IMG/VR virus record: IMGVR_UViG_2909298281_000005
Length of the DNA: 47,442 bases
Source of the DNA: a virus
Taxonomy: Duplodnaviria > Heunggongvirae > Uroviricota > Caudoviricetes
Reading direction: 5' to 3' (one strand)
Made by a program: the position numbers and the translations under genes. Shown piece by piece: positions 1-11,910 of this stretch. The notes below the pieces were generated by a model, which saw only the letters and a program-made list of their open reading frames with translations, had not been told where the DNA came from and searched no databases. Within the stretch, counting starts at the first letter, position 1, and each line of letters opens with the position of its first letter.

Positions 1-1284
1 TTACAGACTTCTGGAAGGTTGCACAGCTCTTACAACACGCGGTTGATCTTCCGCAGCGTCTTCCAGCGCACTTAAATCACGGTCTTTCACTTCTGGCATT
101 TTCAGCGCAGAGATTAAACCAATCACTGAATATGCCATGATCATAATGGCGATCGGATACCAGGATTCCGTCATGGTGCAGAAAATACCCGCCAGGATAG
201 GACCAAAACCGGAAGCGATAAGACCACCAATTTCTTTAGAAATGGCCATCCGGGTAAAGCGGTTTTTACAGCCGAACATTTCTGCCATGGTAATGTTTTC
301 CAGAGCAAATAATCCCAGCACCGCACAGTTATGAATCACAATCAGTGCAACCATAATGGTGCTCGGGGCATAGCTTTTATCTACAATGATAGAAAGCATT
401 GGCCATGCCAGCACAATCGCGGAGGTATTCATAATAATATACGGGATCCGGCGACCAATTTTATCGGATAACCAACCAAGGAACGGAATGGTCATAAAGC
501 CGAGAATCGAACTAATCATCAATGCATCTGTTGGAATTGCTTTGTTAAACAATAACGTCTGCACTAAATAGCCTGCAAGGAAAGTCTGAATTAACCCGGA
601 GTTACCCGCCTGACCAAAACGCAGCCCTGTTGCCAGCCAGAAGGATTTGCTCTGGAACATGCTACCAGCAGGTGCAGGTTTTGCTGTGGGTTGGTTGCTG
701 TCATTAACCTTCTCAAAGACCGGGCTTTCTTTCAGATTCATACGTAACCAGATAGCAAAGACCATCACGACAACGCTCGCCAGGAACGGTATACGCCATC
801 CCCACGCCAGCAGTTCCTCTTTACTGAGAATGAAGAACATAAAGGCCCAGATTGCCGTTGCGCTCAAGGTTCCGCAGTTAGTTCCCATAGCTACAAATGA
901 GGAGATAATTCCGCGCTTACCTTTTGGTGCATATTCCGCCAGCATCGTACCGGCACCGGAAATTTCCGCACCTGCACCCAACCCCTGAATAATACGCAGC
1001 GTCACCAGCAAGATGGGGGCAAAAACACCAATCTGTGCATAGGTCGGTAACACACCAATTAAGGTGGTACAGATCCCCATCATGGTGATGGTAATAAAGA
1101 GCACTTTTTTACGCCCTATTCTGTCGCCCATTTTGCCGAAAATAAATGCTCCGACAATACGCGCCACATAACCTGCACCGTAGGTTCCCATTGCCAAAAT
1201 TAACGCCATTGCCGTTGATGATTCAGGAAAAAATATTTCATGAAACACTAACGCTGCGCCGAGCGAATATAACTGGAAATCCAT
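1..1284 (-). CDS. ydfJ: MFS family metabolite:H+ symporter, YdfJ-like; stop codon at 1-3; N-terminus looks shortened (begins inside the conserved YDF..Y...FFP region)
   Basis: 427-aa ORF with multiple hydrophobic segments and MFS-like motifs (GKMGDRIGRK, ...GWLSDKIGRR); ydfJ is recalled as the chromosomal gene flanking the Qin prophage in E. coli K-12. Confidence 0.75.
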   Translation of the reverse strand: MDFQLYSLGAALVFHEIFFPESSTAMALILAMGTYGAGYVARIVGAFIFGKMGDRIGRKKVLFITITMMGICTTLIGVLPTYAQIGVFAPILLVTLRIIQGLGAGAEISGAGTMLAEYAPKGKRGIISSFVAMGTNCGTLSATAIWAFMFFILSKEELLAWGWRIPFLASVVVMVFAIWLRMNLKESPVFEKVNDSNQPTAKPAPAGSMFQSKSFWLATGLRFGQAGNSGLIQTFLAGYLVQTLLFNKAIPTDALMISSILGFMTIPFLGWLSDKIGRRIPYIIMNTSAIVLAWPMLSIIVDKSYAPSTIMVALIVIHNCAVLGLFALENITMAEMFGCKNRFTRMAISKEIGGLIASGFGPILAGIFCTMTESWYPIAIMIMAYSVIGLISALKMPEVKDRDLSALEDAAEDQPRVVRAVQPSRSL

Positions 1285-1575
1285 AATTCACAGATGTTTT
1301 TTCTCATTCTGTGGTTTCCTTGGCGCTTTCTAGGTTTTTTCAGATAGTTACATTTTTTCAAAAGCATCCTGAGTTCGATCTTACTATCTATCTGTGGCCT
1401 ATTTCTGTCCCATATATGCCCCAAAAAACACCCCAACAGATAAGCAGTCTTTTCATGGTGTTACGCGTAAAAACAATAACGGCTTGAAATTATTCAATAC
1501 ACTCTCGAAAGTGCATCAGCCAACCGCAGAACGTTATTGCATACAACGTTTCTGCGGCATATCACGAAACGATTA

Positions 1576-1650
1576 CTTAATGACTGGGACTTCAGACCAC
1601 TCAATATCCGGTACAATTATGTATCAACGCAGTTTAACAACACCCTATAT
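1576..1650 (-). pseudogene. degenerate remnant of a tail fibre assembly (tfa) 3-prime end
   Basis: Minus-strand translation ...VPDIEWSEVPVIK-stop resembles the C-terminus of the intact Tfa at 3018 (...[12 protein letters not shown]-stop); in-frame stop upstream. Confidence 0.4.
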
Positions 1651-2000
1651 TTAATCCAGAGTGCGAGCAACGTTGTCCCTTTCTCTTTTGCACTCTTAAA
1701 ATATACGATTACTTAAGTGAAGATGCTTGACGAATCGCCAAATAAAACATCTTCATCAGCATAAAAATCCATATATGATTGAAAATTTAGCCATTAATAC
1801 CATTCATATCTGAATACTGACCTAATATGCTTACTAACCGTGAGAAATCTTTTTTTTCGACTTAATCACTCGAAATAAACTTTCACTCAATTGAAAACAA
1901 TTAGCTACAATTATCATTGCAATATCAAATCAAACATAACAACTTGCATAAATTCTCATGGGATACAGCATCAGTTGTGCCAAACACATAAGGAATTGAA

Positions 2001-2198
2001 ATGGACGGAGAAAGCTTTAACTTTGATGACAATGATATTGAATTTATTGCTTCAATGTATGCATCATGTAAATTATCAGGAAGTATCGCCCCCATAATGC
2101 ATATAATGGTTAGCATTCCAAGAAATAAGAAAAAACAATTCTACGAACGAGTTGAGCATTATTGTAGTTTATATTCCAATAAAAACCCACCTTCTTAA
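2001..2198 (+). CDS. hypothetical small protein (65 aa) in AT-rich segment
   Basis: ORF preceded by AAGGAA about 6 nt upstream of ATG; no recognisable domain. Confidence 0.25.
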   Translation: MDGESFNFDDNDIEFIASMYASCKLSGSIAPIMHIMVSIPRNKKKQFYERVEHYCSLYSNKNPPS

Positions 2199-2330
2199 AT
2201 TCGCTGCATTCTAGTGGATTCCATTAAGAAAACAATGACATACACTCAAACACATCTTTTTTATCAACAGTGAATTTCAGTTCGGCCAGTTTTTACCAGC
2301 TATTATAAAAATAGCATCCATATAAAGTTT

Positions 2331-2440
2331 TTACCCCACAGGTACAGCTGGCCATTCGATAACCGCACTAAGGAAGTGCCAACACGATATCAGCAAGACC
2401 CGATATTTCTTCCATGCCGCCAGCAACGATGTTAAGGTTA
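2331..2440 (-). pseudogene. remnant of a second tfa 3-prime end (about 35 codons)
   Basis: Minus-strand translation ...[32 protein letters not shown]-stop parallels the Tfa C-terminus ...[32 protein letters not shown]. Confidence 0.5.
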
Positions 2441-3017
2441 AATTAATTATAAAAAAATATATTATAATTCCATCTTCGCATTAAATTTTAACCTTTAATC
2501 TCCACACGGAACAAGTTGCATAGGTGACTATATTAGGAAAACTTATAACCACCAAAACATTTGCTTTGCAAACAAAAACAGTGACCATTGACTCTAAGAA
2601 AATTCCGATCTATTGTTAGGGTCATCAAAGTTACTTAACAGTATTCCGAAATGAAAATACAAAGCAAGCTAATTGTCTTATTAAACATTATCATTGCATT
2701 TATATTATTTGAGCTTTTAGCTCAAAAATTTGGTTTGAGTACATTATTTTAAAGCAAGATAAACAATATCGGGCACTCTAGTTTTTATAATTAACAATTA
2801 AACGTCCATAAAATGTTATTTACTTTTGTTCGCTATTGTCATATCTTAATATAGTGGCTTACGCCACTCTACTTTCATCACATTTTGTACGTTTATGTAC
2901 TCGCTATGAAGCTCTTTCATGGCGATTTTTTATTCTTAATCCAAGAACATACTCCCTACCTATAGCAAAATCACTTTTTGAACAAAAGAATAACGTATTT
3001 AGGTAATCATTACGAAT

Positions 3018-3599
3018 TTACCCTATAGGTGCTACTGGCCATTCAATATCCGGTGCAGTTGTTGTATTAACACGGTTCAGCAACACCCGATACTTTTTCC
3101 AGGCTTCCAGCAACGAGTTTTCTTCCTCCGTTGCGATTTCCAGATCTACAGCATCCTGAAGTGGCGCAATATGCTCATTCGCTGCCTGCATCAGGCTGTT
3201 TTTTGTTTCTTCCGCCTCCCGGATCCGGAATAGTTTTTCTGCTTCTGCATCTTTCACCCAGGCTGTGCCGTTCCACTTCTGATATTCCCCTCCCGGCGAC
3301 AACCAGGTAACATTTTCCGGTAACGAGCCAAGTTCAGAAATAAATAACGCGTCGCCGGAAGCCACGTCATAGACGGTTTTTCCCCGATGATCTTCAACGA
3401 GATGCCACGATGCCTCATCACTGTTGAAAACAGCCACAAAGCCAGCCGGAATATCTGGCGGTGCAATATCGGTACTGTTTGCTGGCAGACCTGTATGAGG
3501 CGGAATATATGCGTCACCTTCACCAATAAATTCATTAGTTCCGGCCAGCAGATTATAAATTTTTATGGTCCGTGGTTGTTCACTCATTCTGAATGCCAT
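3018..3599 (-). CDS. tfa: tail fibre assembly protein Tfa
   Basis: 193-aa ORF directly downstream of stf; translation closely resembles lambda Tfa as recalled. Confidence 0.85.
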   Translation of the reverse strand: MAFRMSEQPRTIKIYNLLAGTNEFIGEGDAYIPPHTGLPANSTDIAPPDIPAGFVAVFNSDEASWHLVEDHRGKTVYDVASGDALFISELGSLPENVTWLSPGGEYQKWNGTAWVKDAEAEKLFRIREAEETKNSLMQAANEHIAPLQDAVDLEIATEEENSLLEAWKKYRVLLNRVNTTTAPDIEWPVAPIG

Positions 3600-6500
3600 T
3601 ATGCAAGCCTCACAATATAGTTAAATGCGATGTTTTTGACGGTGTTTTCCGCGTTACCAGCAGCGTTAACGGTGATGGTGTGTCCATGTGAACCAATCGC
3701 AACGGAGTGCGTGTGTGCACCAATACCGACAGTATGTGCGTGTGCACCTGCAGATGCTGCTGTGCCGGACAGTGAGTGGCTATGGTTACCATCTGTACTG
3801 GTATTAGCTAACGCCCCCGTAGACATACCTACTGAGCCTTGCACACCCCAGGTATTTTGACCTGAGCTTGTATAACCATATTGATAAGTATCTTTAAAAA
3901 CACTGGGGTTAAATCGACGGCCATCTCTATGGCTGTGATTACCAGCTGCATTCGTGCTGCCACTTAAACTATGGGTATGCGCACCAGTGTTATTCGTGGA
4001 TTTAGTGCCGTAATCAAACGACGATGTGGTTTTCGTCCCCAAATCAGTACTGGATGCGCTGGCGCTGTGGGTATGCGATTTTATGCCGTCCTGTTCCTGA
4101 GACAATACGGCACGACCACTGGCGGGCTTGCCCTTAATCGTCCAGCCACGCATATCAGGGATCACGCCTGACGGATAAGCGGCTGCAAGTTTCGGGTAGG
4201 CAGATTTGTCAAAAGTCTGCCCCTGCATCAGGGCATAACCAGACGGAACGGTATCTGATGGCCACGGGATTGGTGCGCCGACTGGGTAGCTTTCTGGTGG
4301 AAGATTTTTCGAGGTATAAACTTCTGCCCAGTCTTCCTCAAAACCATAACCGTCTCTTGAAGAACGGTAGAACAGACCACCATTTCTGTAATGCGCCTTC
4401 ATCTGCAAGGTCCGGCAACTTCCGACTCCGGTATAGAAGTTAACCAGAATATAGCTGTCGCCAGAGCGGGTGACATTATAAGCGCCTGATTCGGCATTCC
4501 AGGGAACGCCACCATCCGCATCGGCATATGTATCCGTTGCCCTTCTGGCAAAAGCAGCCACATGCGCGGCGGTTAAAGTAATATCTTTGGAACCATCAAA
4601 CTCAACACCAGAAACCCGTCTTGGCGTTTGCAGCTTTGTTGCTGTTAATGCATTACCGTTCAGACTTGCGGACAGTTTGGTTCCAATAACCAGTTCGCCG
4701 GTTGCGTTATCAATAGCAAACGGTCTTAATGTATTCCAGCCACCATAAACATCACCTTGATTGGTAAGCAGCAGGTAAGTTTTAGCGCCATCATTACGCC
4801 ATAATGCCCCATACTCCCCACCTATCATTCGAATCTGATTACCACCACGCGCTACAATTTCGTCTGTGGCAAAAAGTTTTTTGCACGACAAGTTATCGTT
4901 AACGATTAACGAATGAGACTCATAAAAACCACGCCCACTCTTAAAATCAAGGATAACGTCCGCCGCGATACATTCAGTCGCCGGATTTGTTGCCCCAAAC
5001 TTATAGGTCGTATCATTAACAACGAGATCAGTACCAGGTGCGGATATTGACAGGCCATCTTCGATAAACGCAAAAACAGGGAAAGCAGCGCCATCAACAT
5101 AGAACACAGAGCGCAAATCATCGCCCTTATTACTCATCATTATTGAGTGGATGGCTCGTTCATTGTTTTGATATTGCCAGAACATTCCATAAGCATAACG
5201 CCCCCTGTCAGTCCAGCCACCAGGCATAACAAATCCGTTAAACTCGCAGTTATTCATCGGATCGCCTGCGGTTCGCGTTGCCGTGGTGATAATGACCCTT
5301 GATGCCAGTTCGCTTACTGAGCCAGCAGAACGCATAACAACAACAGGGTAATATTTTCCAGATGTTGCACCTGCAGGAGCGTTAACCCGCACATAACGCA
5401 TACCACGCTTATCAGCAAAGTCTGTTTTACTGACCGCGTTAATGTTGTTCAGGAAGCGTCCCTTATCGGGTATATCAGCGCCGTTCTGGTCTTTCTGCAG
5501 ACGTTTCTCTGCATTGTCATAGGCTGATTTTACTGCCTTTGGCGTTGCCGCCAGCGTTTCAGACGTACTGTTGGTCGCACTGCTGAGCTGTACTATCCCC
5601 TTTTTCGTCGTACTTGCATCCTCAAGCGCCACGGCGGATGCAATATCCTCTGCCCGTTTTGCCGCTGTCTCGGCGCGCGTTGCCGCGGATTCCGCCGTAC
5701 TTTTGCTCTGTGCTGCCGCCGTCGCACTGCCAGCTGCCTCTGTCGCCTTCGTGGATGCTGTCGTGGCGCTGCCCTTCGCTGCGGACGCTTGTCTGGTCGC
5801 CTCATCTTTTGAAGCAGACGCCGATGATGCCGATGACGCCGCCGAACTGGCGGACGATGCGGCAGCCGTTTTTGAGGATTCTGCGCTGGTTTCCGACGCT
5901 TTCGCGTTCGTCTCGGATGTCTTCGCTGCGGAAGCAGACCTCGCTGCTGCGCTGGCCTGTTCAGTGGCTTCGCCAGCCTTCGTTGTGGCTGTTGAAGCAG
6001 ACGATGCGGCGCTTTCTGCCGATTTTCCGGCGGCGCTAGCACTGGCTGAGGCCTGCCCGGCACTTGTTGACGCTGCACTGGCAGACGACGCAGCCGCTGT
6101 TTTTGAGCCTGCCGCAGCCGAGGCGCTCTGTCCCGCTGCCGTTTCAGAAGACCTGGCGTTTGTCTCAGACGTCTTTGCCGCCTTCGCGGAATTGCCTGCC
6201 GCCGTTGCCGAGGAAGCGGCACTACTGGCGCTTGATGATGCGTTCGTTTCTGATGATTTCGCTGCCTCTTTTGAGGCCGCCGCATCCCGGGCTGAGGTGG
6301 CTGCTTCTGACGCCTTCGTGGTCGCGGCGGATGCAGAAGTGGCTGCTGATTGTTGTGACGCTGCCGCATTCGTTTCTGACGTTTTCGCCGCAGCGGCACT
6401 GGTAGCTGCCGCGCTTTTTGAGGACTCTGCAGCAGCAGCACTTTTCGATGCTTCACTGGCCTTTGTTGATGCCGTTCCTGCGCTGGAAGATGCTGACTGA

Positions 6501-6997
6501 GCCGACGACGCGGCCTGTCCGGCTGACGTGCTGGCTGCGCGTGCTGAGCCTGCAGCATCAGTCGCATGGGTTGCCGCCTCACGGGCTGATGTGCCGGCAT
6601 CGCTGGCTGACTTCTTCGCGGCTGCCGTGTTCTGTGCCACCGCGGACGCGTTACGCGCCACCTCTTCCACCATCAGTTCAAAACGGCGCAGTGCCTCAGG
6701 ACGGGCATCATCCTCCGTCATGGCACCGAGAAAATCATTCAGCGTACCGGGTCGGGAATCTTCATACACGGTGATGGTCCCGGCATGTGACGGCGGGAAT
6801 CCCTCCACCAACAGAATAACGCTGTACTGCCCGTACTCAACGTCCATGCTGTAACGCCCGGCTTCATCCGGATTTTCTGAGGCCAGCGTGTTCACCACCA
6901 CCGTGGTGCTGTTACGTTTTGCTTTCAGCTGGATTGTGCAGTTCTGTACCGGTTTTCCTGTGCCGTCTTTCAGTACACCTGAAATCTTTACTGCCAT
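3599..6997 (-). CDS. stf: side tail fibre protein Stf (mosaic; Ala/Ser-rich repeat region; C-terminal His-rich HxH repeats)
   Basis: Long ORF; N-terminus [17 protein letters not shown]... and C-terminus ...[31 protein letters not shown] match lambda Stf as recalled; start taken at ATG 6997 (track start 7003 is GTG two codons upstream); GGGGTG 5 nt upstream. Confidence 0.85.
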   Translation of the reverse strand: MAVKISGVLKDGTGKPVQNCTIQLKAKRNSTTVVVNTLASENPDEAGRYSMDVEYGQYSVILLVEGFPPSHAGTITVYEDSRPGTLNDFLGAMTEDDARPEALRRFELMVEEVARNASAVAQNTAAAKKSASDAGTSAREAATHATDAAGSARAASTSAGQAASSAQSASSSAGTASTKASEASKSAAAAESSKSAAATSAAAAKTSETNAAASQQSAATSASAATTKASEAATSARDAAASKEAAKSSETNASSSASSAASSATAAGNSAKAAKTSETNARSSETAAGQSASAAAGSKTAAASSASAASTSAGQASASASAAGKSAESAASSASTATTKAGEATEQASAAARSASAAKTSETNAKASETSAESSKTAAASSASSAASSASSASASKDEATRQASAAKGSATTASTKATEAAGSATAAAQSKSTAESAATRAETAAKRAEDIASAVALEDASTTKKGIVQLSSATNSTSETLAATPKAVKSAYDNAEKRLQKDQNGADIPDKGRFLNNINAVSKTDFADKRGMRYVRVNAPAGATSGKYYPVVVMRSAGSVSELASRVIITTATRTAGDPMNNCEFNGFVMPGGWTDRGRYAYGMFWQYQNNERAIHSIMMSNKGDDLRSVFYVDGAAFPVFAFIEDGLSISAPGTDLVVNDTTYKFGATNPATECIAADVILDFKSGRGFYESHSLIVNDNLSCKKLFATDEIVARGGNQIRMIGGEYGALWRNDGAKTYLLLTNQGDVYGGWNTLRPFAIDNATGELVIGTKLSASLNGNALTATKLQTPRRVSGVEFDGSKDITLTAAHVAAFARRATDTYADADGGVPWNAESGAYNVTRSGDSYILVNFYTGVGSCRTLQMKAHYRNGGLFYRSSRDGYGFEEDWAEVYTSKNLPPESYPVGAPIPWPSDTVPSGYALMQGQTFDKSAYPKLAAAYPSGVIPDMRGWTIKGKPASGRAVLSQEQDGIKSHTHSASASSTDLGTKTTSSFDYGTKSTNNTGAHTHSLSGSTNAAGNHSHRDGRRFNPSVFKDTYQYGYTSSGQNTWGVQGSVGMSTGALANTSTDGNHSHSLSGTAASAGAHAHTVGIGAHTHSVAIGSHGHTITVNAAGNAENTVKNIAFNYIVRLA

Positions 6998-7008
6998 ATT
7001 CACCCCAC

Positions 7009-7034
7009 AAAAAAGCCCGCCTGAACCGGCGGGC
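7009..7034 (-). terminator. rho-independent terminator downstream of lom
   Basis: Minus strand reads GCCCGCC-loop-GGCGGGC followed by TTTTTT. Confidence 0.6.
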
Positions 7035-7061
7035 TGTCATAACACTGTGTTACCTGGCTAA

Positions 7062-7661
7062 TCAGAATTTATAACCGACACCCACGATGAAACCGTCAGT
7101 GCGCCAGTCGCCACTGCCGGAACCTTCATAAGCGACATCAATGGCCACGGACTCGGTCGGGTTAAACTGCACGCCAGCCCCCCACGCCAGAGACGTGTTG
7201 CTGTGGCGACCGTCATCACTTCCGGTCAGCACATCGTGCGTTTTCCCCGTATTGTCGGTCACCTGCAGATAATCCCCGGAGAAAGTCGACACACGGCTGT
7301 AAGCCACACCCGCCATCGCATACGCGCTGAACCATTCATTCACGCGCACAGACGGCCCCGCCATCACGCTGAACCAGCGGTTACGCACGGAATCTTCATG
7401 CCAGCGGGTATCGCTGTAATGCGTTTTTTGCTCATCTTCAGCGTTGGCATAACTGAATGACGTAATCAGCCCCAGCGTGTCCGTAAACTCATAACGGTAT
7501 TTCACGTTAATCCCGTTCAGATTATCGCTGCCGGGAGCGTTCGTACGGGCATGAAGATACCCTGCGCTCAGTGTGGCCTGCTGCTCAGACGCCCATGCAG
7601 GCGCACCGGATACGGCCAGACAGATGGCTGCGGACAAAATGGCTGCACAAACTTTACGCAT
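7062..7661 (-). CDS. lom: outer membrane protein Lom (Ail/Lom/OmpX family)
   Basis: 199-aa ORF with signal peptide and C-terminal ...VGYKF beta-barrel end; position between J and stf as in lambda. Confidence 0.8.
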   Translation of the reverse strand: MRKVCAAILSAAICLAVSGAPAWASEQQATLSAGYLHARTNAPGSDNLNGINVKYRYEFTDTLGLITSFSYANAEDEQKTHYSDTRWHEDSVRNRWFSVMAGPSVRVNEWFSAYAMAGVAYSRVSTFSGDYLQVTDNTGKTHDVLTGSDDGRHSNTSLAWGAGVQFNPTESVAIDVAYEGSGSGDWRTDGFIVGVGYKF

Positions 7662-7685
7662 AATTACCTCTCGCTTTTCTGCAAT

Positions 7686-7709
7686 AAAAAAGGCGCCATT
7701 TCTGGCGCC
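7686..7709 (-). terminator. rho-independent terminator between J and lom
   Basis: Minus strand GGCGCC-AGAAAT-GGCGCC followed by TTTTTT. Confidence 0.55.
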
Positions 7710-7728
7710 CGTATATGGGTTATAAAAT

Positions 7729-10700
7729 TCAGCTGATACTGATGCCTGCGGTGGCTTTCTTCATCACCACAACCAGCAAATCGCTGATACTTGCTGTGGG
7801 ATACCAGTCATTTACCAGCCATGCTGACACCGAAAACTCCAGCGTCATGTGGCCGTGACCAGCTGGCATATCAATAACACCACTGTAAATCAGCGTATTA
7901 TCCAGCGCGGTACGGTTATAAATTTCAGCACCATTTTTCTTCACTATCAGGCGGCATGACGAATAAATATCGTTATTCTCCCGCTCATGTTTAGCGCCGC
8001 AGAATGCCACCGCCGGAATAACAATTTGCCTGTCAAAAGGCTGATCGTCATAAATCCTGACGGTAATGGTCCCTGATGGCCACCGCTCCGGTGCCCGGGA
8101 GTCCCGCGGGAAAGCCTTACCCACTGTTTTGACAATATCGCCTTCAATCTGGTTGGCTGACAGTTTCCCTTTAATCTGACAGTTCTCATTTATCGTAACG
8201 TTGTTGAGCGTCCCGGAGTTCGCATTCACACTGCCACTGATATCTGCATTTTTAGCGGTCAGCTTTCCGTCCGGTGTCAGGGAAAATGCAGGAGGATTAC
8301 CGCCGCTGGTAATGGTGGGAGCCGTCAGATATTTCAGGAACACTTCATTCATGAATATCTGATCACCCTGACCAACAAACATCGGTTTTGTGTTGCCATT
8401 TGCAGGATTAATCATCGCAATCCTGTCTGCCGCCAGCAGCACCTGACTCTGCATTCCTGCTGGCGTATTCTCAATACCGGCACCGATACCCGCAATATAA
8501 AGGCGTCCGTCCTGCATCTGCTGCAGTTTCACGGCCCACATGCTGTTCAGGTTATTATTTGTATCAACCTGAACTTTCTGTATCTGCTGGATTGCCGCAC
8601 TCTGATTTTCCAGTTTTTTATTGACGGTCTGCGTGATTTCATTGCTGACATTCGTAATGGACGTCCTGATTTCAGCCAGGTCCGGCGCAAGCTGACCGTT
8701 ATCAATCTGCGTCCACAGCTCCTGGGCCAGATGTGTTTTCCCGATTTCTCCTTTGAAAAAATCCAGGTAACCTTCCGCATCATCGCTCGCCCGACCGACA
8801 GCCTCCACGAATGCCGATTTGCCAACGGTGTTCACACTGCGAACGTAAAAATAATAATCATGGCCCGGTTTGATATTGATACTGGCGGCTATCCAGTACA
8901 GCGCCGTGCCAAGATAGCGGGCTGTGGTTTCAACCTGCCTGATATCGGTAATCCGCTTTTCCGAGAACCAGAACTCAAACTGTACCGTCGGGTCATAAAC
9001 CGCAAGATGCGGCGTGGCGGTTATCTGAAAATAGCCCGGCGTCAGCTCAATCTGTGACGGCGCTGCCGGTGCGGCAATCCGGAACGATACCGACGCCGGA
9101 TCGCCCTGCTGCCCCCACGCATTTACCGCCCGGACTGTCAGCCTGTAGTTCCCCAGCGCCAGCTGTGTGAAGCGGTATGTGGTTTCCGTCGTCCGGGCCG
9201 TGCTGACCAGCCGCTCACTGCCGTCATCCGCTGTTACGGTCAGACGGAGCAGGAAGCTCACGCCCTTCACCACCTTCGGCGTGTCCCAGCGCGCCAGCAC
9301 CTGATATTCCCCGCTGTCTGCGGTGACTTCGGCGGTCAGGTGCTGCACCGCTGGCGGCGTGACACCATTCACCGTGCCGCTCTGGTCGCCGTCAAAGTGC
9401 GCCCCGTTATCCACGATGGCCTCTTTTTCAGGTACATGCTGCACGGCGGTGATGGCATACGTGCCGTCGTCGTTCTCACGGATACTCACGCAGCGGAACA
9501 GGCGCTGGCGCAGCGTCGGCAGCTTCAGTCCCCACACGCTGTATCCGGCAACGCCGTCAGGAACACGGCTCACTTTCACCTTCACGCCGTCAGTGACGGA
9601 CTGGACCTCCACGCTCACCGGATTCCCCTGCCCGTCAACCAGGCTTATCAGCGTGGTGCCGGAGGATGGCAGCGTGATTTCACGGTCGAGCGTCAGAGTC
9701 CGGGTCTGGCTGTTCACCGCCAGCACGCGACCGCCGGTGCTGATACCGGCATAGTCATCATCGCAGATTTCAATAACATCGCCCGGCACATGGCGAAGCC
9801 CTTCTGCGCCCACGCTGAAATCCACGGTCTGCGTTTCCAGCAGTTCCGTTTTAATCAGCCACAGCCCGGCGCGGTGCGCCTGCCCCTGGCTGGTACAGCC
9901 AAAGGCATCCATCTTCATAACATTACGACCGTAACGGGCAATGGACTGCGTATCTTCAACAAGCTCTGTCGCCGTCTCCCAGCCGTTATCCGGGTCAATC
10001 CAGTTCACCTCAACGGCATTATGACGGTCCTTCAGGGCACTGAAGCTGTAGCGGAACGGCGCGCCATCATCCGGCATCACCACATTACTGCGGTTATAGG
10101 TCCACACCTTATCCGACGGTCGGTCCTGCACGAACGTCAGCGTCTGCCCGTTCCATACCGGCATACAGCGCATCGCCGAGCAGAAATCACTGAGAACATC
10201 CCACGCCTTGCGCTGTGTGGTCAGCCAGGCATTACAGGTGATGCGCGGCTCCGTGCCACCAAAGCCATCCGGCACCGACTGGTCGCAATTCTGGCCGATG
10301 ACATACAGCGCCCATTTGTCCACATCCGCCGCACCGAGACGCTTCCCCATGCCGTAGCGCGGATGGGTCAGCATATCCCACAGACACCAGGCCATGTTGT
10401 TGCTGTATGCTGGCTTAAACGTTCCGTCCCAGATACCGCTGTATTGCCGCGTCTGCGGGTTATAGTTCGACGGCACCTGCAGAATGCGCCCGCGAAGATG
10501 ATAATTACGGCTCACCTGCTGGCTGCCGAACTGTTCCGAGTCCACCTGCACGCCGACCAGTGCCGTGTTCGGGTAGCACTGTTTCACATCGATGATTTCG
10601 GTGTATGACGACCAGAGCGTTTTGTTCTGCAGCTGGTCTGTGGTGCTGTCCGGCGTCATTCTGCGCATCCGGATATTAAACGGGCGCGGCGGCAGGTTAT

Positions 10701-11208
10701 CCACCACCACCGAGGCCAGATACTGCGAGGTGGTTTTGCCCTTAATGGTGATGTCTTTTTCCGTCACCCAGCCACCATTACGCTGTATCTGAACCAGCAG
10801 GCGAACTTCCGACGGATTCCGGTCCCCCTTTGAGGTGGTTTCCACCAGTGCCTGCACACCGAAGGTAAAGCGCAGTCGGTCGATGTTTGCCGACGTGATG
10901 GCGCGGGTGATCGGCGTGTCGTATTTCACTTCCGTACCCAACACCGTCTCGGAGCCGGAGGATTCAAATCCCTCCGGCGGAGTCTGCTCCTGCTCACCAG
11001 CCCGGAACACCACCGTGACACCGGCGATGTTGGTATTCCCATCACTGTCCAGCACCGGCGTACTGTTCAGCAGCACGCTTTTTAATCCATCCACCGGACC
11101 TTCAATCGGCCCTTCACTGATGGCATCAATCACACTCAGCAACTGCGTGGACTTCAGGTTGTCCTTCGCTTCGCGCGGGGTATGCCCCTTACTGCTTCCT
11201 TTACCCAT
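7729..11208 (-). CDS. J: tail tip / host specificity protein J
   Basis: 1159-aa ORF downstream of I; lambda J-like size and position. Confidence 0.9.
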   Translation of the reverse strand: MGKGSSKGHTPREAKDNLKSTQLLSVIDAISEGPIEGPVDGLKSVLLNSTPVLDSDGNTNIAGVTVVFRAGEQEQTPPEGFESSGSETVLGTEVKYDTPITRAITSANIDRLRFTFGVQALVETTSKGDRNPSEVRLLVQIQRNGGWVTEKDITIKGKTTSQYLASVVVDNLPPRPFNIRMRRMTPDSTTDQLQNKTLWSSYTEIIDVKQCYPNTALVGVQVDSEQFGSQQVSRNYHLRGRILQVPSNYNPQTRQYSGIWDGTFKPAYSNNMAWCLWDMLTHPRYGMGKRLGAADVDKWALYVIGQNCDQSVPDGFGGTEPRITCNAWLTTQRKAWDVLSDFCSAMRCMPVWNGQTLTFVQDRPSDKVWTYNRSNVVMPDDGAPFRYSFSALKDRHNAVEVNWIDPDNGWETATELVEDTQSIARYGRNVMKMDAFGCTSQGQAHRAGLWLIKTELLETQTVDFSVGAEGLRHVPGDVIEICDDDYAGISTGGRVLAVNSQTRTLTLDREITLPSSGTTLISLVDGQGNPVSVEVQSVTDGVKVKVSRVPDGVAGYSVWGLKLPTLRQRLFRCVSIRENDDGTYAITAVQHVPEKEAIVDNGAHFDGDQSGTVNGVTPPAVQHLTAEVTADSGEYQVLARWDTPKVVKGVSFLLRLTVTADDGSERLVSTARTTETTYRFTQLALGNYRLTVRAVNAWGQQGDPASVSFRIAAPAAPSQIELTPGYFQITATPHLAVYDPTVQFEFWFSEKRITDIRQVETTARYLGTALYWIAASINIKPGHDYYFYVRSVNTVGKSAFVEAVGRASDDAEGYLDFFKGEIGKTHLAQELWTQIDNGQLAPDLAEIRTSITNVSNEITQTVNKKLENQSAAIQQIQKVQVDTNNNLNSMWAVKLQQMQDGRLYIAGIGAGIENTPAGMQSQVLLAADRIAMINPANGNTKPMFVGQGDQIFMNEVFLKYLTAPTITSGGNPPAFSLTPDGKLTAKNADISGSVNANSGTLNNVTINENCQIKGKLSANQIEGDIVKTVGKAFPRDSRAPERWPSGTITVRIYDDQPFDRQIVIPAVAFCGAKHERENNDIYSSCRLIVKKNGAEIYNRTALDNTLIYSGVIDMPAGHGHMTLEFSVSAWLVNDWYPTASISDLLVVVMKKATAGISIS

Positions 11209-11268
11209 TCCTCACGCTCCATAAACGACAAAACCGCCCGCAGGCGGTTTCACATAAAACATTTTGCA

Positions 11269-11910
11269 TCAGCGACCAATCACCACAACCTGACCACCAT
11301 CCCCTTCGTCTGCCGTGCTGATCTCCTGAGAAACCACGCGTGACCCCACGCGCATTTCACCGTACAGAACAGGCAGAACATTGCCCTGGGCAACCATGTT
11401 ATCCAGTGAAGAAAAATAGGTGTTCTGTTTGCCGTTATCCGTTGTCTGTGTGCGGGGGGTTTTGGGTTTAGGGGCCAGCATCTGTGCAACACCGCCAAGC
11501 GTCATACTGGCACCGAGAGAAAACAGCAGATTACTCGCCATAATTCCTACCCCCGGCATCCATATAGCAACCGCCATAACAGCCGCCCCCAGCACAGCCT
11601 GAAACACACCGCCACTTTTGGCTCCCGCCAGACGCGGCACGATATGGATCACAGCACCATTTGCCAGCGGTTCATTAAGACGGGCTGATAATTCCGTTTC
11701 ACCTGTATCACGCCCGGCAATGCGTACCTGATACCAGCCGTCGCTCAGCTTCTGACGAAACGCCGGGATCTGCATGGCCAGCGCCCGGATGGCTTCGGCC
11801 CCCGTTTTCACACGCAGATCGATGCGGCGGCCAAATCGTTGTAAATCCCCGTAAAGGCAGATGCGCGCCATGCCCGGTGACGCCAGAGGGAGTGTGTGCG
11901 TCGCTGCCAT
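11269..11910 (-). CDS. I: tail assembly protein I
   Basis: 213-aa ORF; translation closely resembles lambda I as recalled; GAGAGAGG upstream of ATG. Confidence 0.85.
   Translation of the reverse strand: MAATHTLPLASPGMARICLYGDLQRFGRRIDLRVKTGAEAIRALAMQIPAFRQKLSDGWYQVRIAGRDTGETELSARLNEPLANGAVIHIVPRLAGAKSGGVFQAVLGAAVMAVAIWMPGVGIMASNLLFSLGASMTLGGVAQMLAPKPKTPRTQTTDNGKQNTYFSSLDNMVAQGNVLPVLYGEMRVGSRVVSQEISTADEGDGGQVVVIGR

Noticed and set aside
5571-6854. Several overlapping ORFs on both strands (for example 5571..6500 plus, 5593..6600 minus, 6064..6405, 6418..6774, 6528..6854)
   Set aside because: They lie inside the Ala/Ser-rich repeat of stf, where low-complexity GC-rich sequence stays open in many frames; the translations are poly-Ala, poly-Arg or poly-Pro strings without protein-like features.
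9340-10608. 422-aa plus-strand ORF and other plus-strand ORFs inside the J gene
   Set aside because: Antisense to a well-supported long gene (J); no RBS and Arg/His-rich composition typical of antisense frames.
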